DNA from: an uncultured delta proteobacterium
GTDB lineage: Bacteria; Myxococcota; Myxococcia; Myxococcales; Anaeromyxobacteraceae
NCBI GenBank assembly: GCA_963845515.1
Contig: CAWJSR010000008.1
Location: 1-15,402, forward strand
Length of the DNA: 15,402 bases
Direction of reading: 5' to 3'
Shown here: one piece after another, positions 10,387-15,402 of the stretch
How positions within the stretch are numbered: the stretch's first letter is position 1
How the letters are laid out: every line of letters starts with the position of its first letter
Program-made: the position numbers and the translations under genes
Notes under the pieces: generated by a model
Database searches by the model: none
Told to the model about the DNA's origin: nothing
Seen by the model: the letters and a program-made list of their open reading frames with translations, nothing else

Positions 10387-10508
10387 CGCTCGAGTTCGCC
10401 GAGTGCCTGGGTGCTTGCGAATACGCCCCCTGCATGTTGGCAGGCGAGACGCTGCATAAGTGCCTGACCGAGGCCTCGGCCGACGAGTTTTTGAAAAGCC
10501 TGGACTAA
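10341..10508 (+). CDS. nuoE: NADH:quinone oxidoreductase subunit E, C-terminal fragment only
   Basis: PGEATSDGRLTLEFAECLGACEYAPCM carries the second Cys pair of the N1a [2Fe-2S] cluster. The N-terminal part and first Cys pair are absent. The left boundary is approximate. Confidence 0.85.
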   Translation, partial: AAGTRPGEATSDGRLTLEFAECLGACEYAPCMLAGETLHKCLTEASADEFLKSLD

Positions 10509-10511
10509 CTG

Positions 10512-10533
10512 TTGGTCCGCTCTCGCGGACCAA
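10512..10533 (+). other. Perfect intergenic hairpin between nuoE and nuoF
   Basis: TTGGTCCGC-TCTC-GCGGACCAA forms a 9-bp stem with no U tail. Confidence 0.6.
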
Positions 10534-10553
10534 TGACGGCGAACGAACACGAT

Positions 10554-11932
10554 ATGCCTTCGACCAAATTCGAACCCGTCCTGCTGGCCAACATCGACAA
10601 GCCCGACAGCTACACGCTGCGCGTCTACGAAGCGCACGGCGGCTACAGGCGCTGCGCAAGGTGCTGGCCGAAATGACGCCGCCGGCGTTGATCGAGATGG
10701 TCAAGTCGAGCGGTCTGCGCGGCCGCGGCGGCGCTGGCTTTCCCACCGGGCTGAAGTGGACCTTCCTGCCGAAGGATCATCCCGGCCCGATCTACATGTG
10801 CATCAACGCCGACGAGAGCGAGCCGGGCACGTTCAACAACCGCATCCTGATGGAGGACGATCCGCACCAGGTGATCGAAGGGATCATCCTCAGCTGCTAC
10901 GCCACGCAAGGCGACCACGGCGTACATCTACCTGCGCTACGAGTACCCGCTGTCGCTACCAGCGGCTGCAAGCGGCGATCGACGAGTGCTACGCCGCCGG
11001 GCTACCTCGGCAAGAACATTCTCGGCAGCGACTTCTCGCTCGACATCTACCTGCATCGCGGCGCGGCGGCCTACATCTGCGGCGAAGAGACCGGGCTGAT
11101 CGAAAGCCTCGAAGGCAAGCGGGCCTGGCCGCGCATCAAGCCGCCGTTTCCGGCCGTCGAAGGCGTGTTCCGCAAGCCGACGGTCGTCAACAACGTCGAG
11201 ACGCGTGGCCTGCGTGACGCACATCGTCGACCGCGGCGTCGACTGGTTCAAATCGATCGGCGTGCCGCCCGATCCGAACAACCCGCGCGACGCCGGCAGC
11301 TACGGCCCGAAGCTGTACTGCCTCAGCGGCCACGTGAACAAGCCCGGCTGCTACGAAGCGCCGCTGGGCATCACGCTGCCGCGAGCTGATCGACGAATAC
11401 GGCGGCGGCGTGTGGAAAGGCCGCAAGGCCAAGGCCGCGATTCCCGGCGGCATCAGCATGGGCCTGCTGACCGAAGCCGAGTTCGACACGCCGCTCGATT
11501 TCAACGGCCCCGGCAAGGTCGGCTGCCTGGGCCTCGGCACCGCGGCCGTCGTCGTGATCGACGAAGACCGTGTCGATGGTCGACTTCCTGCACAACAGCT
11601 GCCGCTTCTTCGCCCACGAGAGCTGCGGCCAGTGCACGCCCTGCCGCGAAGGGACGGCCTGGGTCGCTGACGATGCTGGACCGCATCAAGCGCGGGCAAG
11701 GGCCGGCTCGAAGGATCTCGACCTGCTGCTCGAAATCGGCGACACGATCGGCATCATGCCCGGCACGACGATCTGCGGCCTGGCCGACGGCGCCGCCTGG
11801 CCGATCAAGAACGCGATCCGCAAGTTCCGCGGCGAGTTCGAAGAGTACATCAAGCGCACCAACCCCAGCGGCTACATGGTGACCGACGCCGTGCCGGCGC
11901 TGCCGGTCGTTGGCAGCATCACTAGCAGCTGA
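10554..11932 (+). CDS. nuoF: NADH:quinone oxidoreductase subunit F (multiple apparent frameshifts)
   Basis: SGLRGRGGAGFPTGLKW, NADESEPGT, GAAAYICGEETGLIESLEG, ESCGQCTPCREG and TICGLADGAAWP are spread across several frames. Start MPSTKFEPVLL. Confidence 0.93.
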
Positions 11933-11990
11933 GCGAGACCGTTGCACTGCAAGTCGACATCGAGCACAGCATCTGAGCACTGACCGAGTC

Positions 11991-13652
11991 ATGGCCACCG
12001 TCATCGTCGACGGAATCGAAGTCGAGCTCGGCCGACGAGCGAGCGGCTCAACGGCATTCAGGCCGCCGCAGCGGGCCGGCGTCGAGATTCCGCACTACTG
12101 CTGGCATCCCGGGCTGTCGGTCGTGGCCAGTTGCCGCATGTGCCTGGTCGAAACGGGCACGCACAGACGCCGAGACCGGCACGGTCACGATGCTGCCCAA
12201 GCTGGTCCCCGCCTGCCAGACGCCGGCCAACGACGGCACGGTCTTCGTCACCAACAGCGAGAAGGTGCAGCAGACGCCCGGGCGATGGTCGAAGAAGACC
12301 TGCTGATCGATCATCCGATCGATTGCCCGATCTGCGACAAGGCGGGCGAGTGCTCGCTGCAGGACTATCACTTCGAGCACGGCCAGGACGAGCGCCGGGC
12401 CGACATCCAGCCCTTCACCAGCCGCCGCCGCGAGATGGGCGACACGGTCACGCTGTTCGTCGATCGCTGCGTGATGTGCACCCGCTGCGTGCGCTTCACC
12501 CGCGAGATCAGCGGCACCAGCGAGCTGATGGTCATCAACCGCGGCAGCCACGAAGAGATCGACGTCTTCCCGGGCTATCCCGCTCGACAACAAGCTGTCG
12601 GGCAACGTCGTCGACCTCTGCCCGGTCGGCGCGCTGGGCGACAAGGACTTTCTGTACCAGCAGCGCGTCTGGTTCATGAAGAAGCACGACAGCGTCTGCA
12701 CCGGCTGCTCGACCGGCTGCTCGATCACGGTCGAAGAGAATCAGGACCACGTCTATCGCCTGAAGCCGCGCGAGAATCCGCACGTCAACCAGTGGTGGAT
12801 GTGCGACGAAGGCCGCTACGGCTACCACCACGTGCACAGCGACCGAGCGGCTCGACCGAACGTCCGCAGCGGCGCGACGGCGACAGGCGTACGCTGAACG
12901 TCGAATGGTCGCACGCTGCCTGCGCGAGATCGACGAGCAAGCTGCGCAAGGCCGGCCGCGCTGGCCGCCGTGCTCTCGCCGCATCTGACGGTCGAAGAAG
13001 CGTACCTGCTGGCCAAGTACGTCCGCAGCGTCGATCCGCAGGCGCGTGCTCGCGCTCGGCCCGGTTCCGGTCGAAGGCGACGGACGAGACGTTCAAGAAC
13101 GGCTTCACGATTCACGCCGAGAAGTGCCCCAATCGCCGCGGCGTCGAAGCAAGTCGTCGCGCACTTCATGGGCAGCGTGCGTCACGTTGGGACGACTTCC
13201 TCGCCGAGCGTCGACAGCCGGCGCGAGTCGGCGGCGCTGTGGGTCACCGGCGGCTATCAAGCAGCGATTGGATCGACGCAGCCGACGGCCGAGCAGTTCG
13301 CCGGCGTCGACAGCTGCTCGTCGTGCAGGACCTGTTCGCCTCGCCGCTGTGGGAGCGGGCCGACGTATCAGCTGCCCGGCGCGGCGTTCGCCGAGCGCGA
13401 AGGCTCGTACGTCAACTGCGACCGATCGCCTGCAATCGTTCGACTGGGCGATTCGTCCGCCGGCCGGCGTGCGAGCCGAAGGGCAGCGTGTACTGGCAAC
13501 TGCTCGGGCGCGCCGGGCCTGTACAACGCGCGGCGCGGTGCTGGACGAAATCGCCGCGCGAGATCGCGTATCTTCGCCGCCGCGGCCGAGCCGGTGCCGG
13601 CCGCTCGGGCGTCGATTTGAAAGTCGAATCAACTGGCTGCGAGCCGCAGTGA
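11991..13652 (+). CDS. nuoG: NADH:quinone oxidoreductase subunit G, short form (multiple apparent frameshifts)
   Basis: IPHYCWHPGLSVVASCRMC, LVPACQT, HPIDCPICDKAGECSLQD, CVMCTRCVRF, VDLCPVGAL, CTGCSTGC..CDEGR and LPGAAFAEREGSYVN. The end is approximate. Confidence 0.88.
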   Translation: MATVIVDGIEVELGRRASGSTAFRPPQRAGVEIPHYCWHPGLSVVASCRMCLVETGTHRRRDRHGHDAAQAGPRLPDAGQRRHGLRHQQREGAADARAMVEEDLLIDHPIDCPICDKAGECSLQDYHFEHGQDERRADIQPFTSRRREMGDTVTLFVDRCVMCTRCVRFTREISGTSELMVINRGSHEEIDVFPGYPARQQAVGQRRRPLPGRRAGRQGLSVPAARLVHEEARQRLHRLLDRLLDHGRRESGPRLSPEAARESARQPVVDVRRRPLRLPPRAQRPSGSTERPQRRDGDRRTLNVEWSHAACARSTSKLRKAGRAGRRALAASDGRRSVPAGQVRPQRRSAGACSRSARFRSKATDETFKNGFTIHAEKCPNRRGVEASRRALHGQRASRWDDFLAERRQPARVGGAVGHRRLSSSDWIDAADGRAVRRRRQLLVVQDLFASPLWERADVSAARRGVRRARRLVRQLRPIACNRSTGRFVRRPACEPKGSVYWQLLGRAGPVQRAARCWTKSPREIAYLRRRGRAGAGRSGVDLKVESTGCEPQ

Positions 13653-13732
13653 CAACGTACGAAGCTCAGCACTGCGAATCGCGTCGAGCACGATCGTCGC
13701 GATCTGCGACTTGCGATCGATTCGAACCGCTA

Positions 13733-14990
13733 ATGCCGCCGCTGATCGTAGCCGCTCGTCAAAATCGCGCTGCTCATCGGCGGGCTGATGACCGCGGCCG
13801 CCTACTTGGTGCTGCTCGAGCGGTGGATGGCCGCCTGGGTGCAGGATCGCATCGGCCCCAACCGCGTCGGCATTCCGCTCGACCAAGCATCAAGCATGTT
13901 CGGCCTCGGCCAGCCGCTGGCCGACGGCCTGAAGTTCATCTTCAAGGAAGAGTACACGCCGGCGCACGTCGATAAGCTGCTGTACATGCTCGCGCCGCTC
14001 GTCGATCCTGGCCGCGGCGCTGGCGATCTTCGCCGTGATTCCGTTCGGCAGCGTGCTGCCGCCGATCGAGATTGCCGGGCATCGAGCGAGCCGATCGCAG
14101 CTGGTCGTCGCGCCCGGGCGTCGATGTCGGCATGATCTACGTCTTCGCCCTGTCGCAGCATCGCCGTGTACGGCGTGATCCTCGGCGGCTGGGCGAGCAA
14201 CAACAAATACAGCTTCCTCGGCGGCCTGCGATCGAGCGCTCAGCTCATCGCCTACGAACTGCCGCTGGGCCTGGGCATTCTCGGCGTCGTGCTGGCCGCC
14301 GGCTCGCTGCGGCTCGACGACGATCATCGAGCCAGCAGGCCGCGACCGGCGTGTGGAACGCCTTCGCGCAGCCGCTGGGCTTCATCGTGTTCGTCGATCG
14401 CCGCGTTTGCCGAAGCGGCCCGCCTGCCGTTCGACTTGCCCGAAGCGCGAGCAGGAACTGATCGGCGGCTATCACACCGAATACGCCGGCATGAAGCTGC
14501 TGCTGTTTCTGATCGCCGAGTTCCTGCACATGATCACGGCGTCGTTCTTGATCGTGATTCTGTTCCTCGGCGGCTGGCATTTCTGGGGCATCACCGGCGA
14601 TCCGAGCGAACGACGATCACCTGGGTCACGGCCATCCTGCGCATCGTCGTGCTGCATGGCCAAGATCTTCGTGCGTGATCGTGTTCTTCATGCTGGTCCG
14701 CTGGAGCTGGCCGCGGTTCCGCTTCGATCAGCTGATGACCCTGGCCTGGAAGGTCATGCTGCCGCTGGGCCTGGTGAACCTGGTCGCCGTGGCGGTGCTG
14801 GTCGAAGTATCGGCACGAGCTACGGCCCGGCGAGCATCGACGACCGCGCTTGGACTGGCTGGTCATCGCCGGCTGGCTGGGTCGTGCTGCATGCGTCGGC
14901 TGGCTGCTCGCGTCGCGATCGCCAATCCGCTCGTACACCGACAATCGACCGCGCCGACGACCTGTGCCGCATGCCGAGTCGATCGCCGAA
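13733..14990 (+). CDS. nuoH: NADH:quinone oxidoreductase subunit H (multiple apparent frameshifts, ends approximate)
   Basis: [80 protein letters not shown] and [14 protein letters not shown]. Confidence 0.9.
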
Positions 14991-15028
14991 TCGAACAGCT
15001 GTGCGCAGCGATCTCGACGAACATCGCC

Positions 15029-15402
15029 ATGAAACCCAACGACCCCAACATCACGTGGATCGAAGAGCCGAAGCTCGGCCTGGCCGGCAAGATGTACTTG
15101 CCGCTGTTCGTGCAAGGGCTGACGACCACGACGCACGGCACTTGTTCAGCCCGAAGGTCACGGTCAGCTATCCCGACGAGCGAGCCGAAGATCGGCAACC
15201 CGCTGATCTATCGCGGCGTGCATCGGCTTGAACAAAGACGAGCAAGGCCGCGTGAAGTGCGTCGCCTGCTTCCTCTGCGCCACGGCCTGCCCGGCCCATT
15301 GCATCGACATCATCGGCGTCGAAAGCCCCTGGCCCGATCGCGAGAAGTATCCGCGAGAGCTTCACGATCGACGAGCTGCGCTGCATCTGTCCTATTCTGC
15401 GG
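15029..15402 (+). CDS. nuoI: NADH:quinone oxidoreductase subunit I, 3'-truncated (frameshifted)
   Basis: [16 protein letters not shown].., [31 protein letters not shown] and IDELRCI, located after nuoH. Confidence 0.88.
   Translation, partial: MKPNDPNITWIEEPKLGLAGKMYLPLFVQGLTTTTHGTCSARRSRSAIPTSEPKIGNPLIYRGVHRLEQRRARPREVRRLLPLRHGLPGPLHRHHRRRKPLARSREVSARASRSTSCAASVLFC

Noticed and set aside
10240..10508. Novel fusion or programmed frameshift between the small ORF and NuoE
   Set aside because: It is better explained by the chimeric junction, and no slippery sequence is present.
15383..15402. Disrupted CIFCG motif of NuoI at the window end
   Set aside because: Probably a sequence error at the end of a low-quality segment.

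Overview
The window looks like two unrelated DNAs joined at about 10340-10360. The left part (1-~10350) is clean, very GC-rich and Anaeromyxobacter/Myxococcota-like. It holds the 3' part of an OmcA/MtrC-type multiheme cytochrome with a terminator, a Cys-rich lipoprotein, pcnB, pyrH, frr and a small membrane protein. A minus-strand pair follows (nadE and a B12-binding radical SAM gene), then a divergent ABC substrate-binding lipoprotein with one frameshift. An AT-richer intergenic region contains a perfect 16-bp palindrome and an ~80-nt stem-loop in front of a truncated ORF. The right part (~10340-15402) is a complex I fragment (nuoE 3' end, nuoF, short nuoG, nuoH, nuoI 5' end) with different codon usage and many indels. 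It is most likely low-quality long-read sequence from another organism (Planctomycetes-like by protein style), so the contig is probably chimeric. I cannot confirm a novel system. The best leads are the structured RNA/operator region at 10080-10240, the structured pcnB leader, a symmetric bidirectional promoter predicting a leaderless nadE mRNA, and the uncharacterised lipoprotein next to the multiheme cytochrome. Taxonomic calls are from recognition, not database searches.
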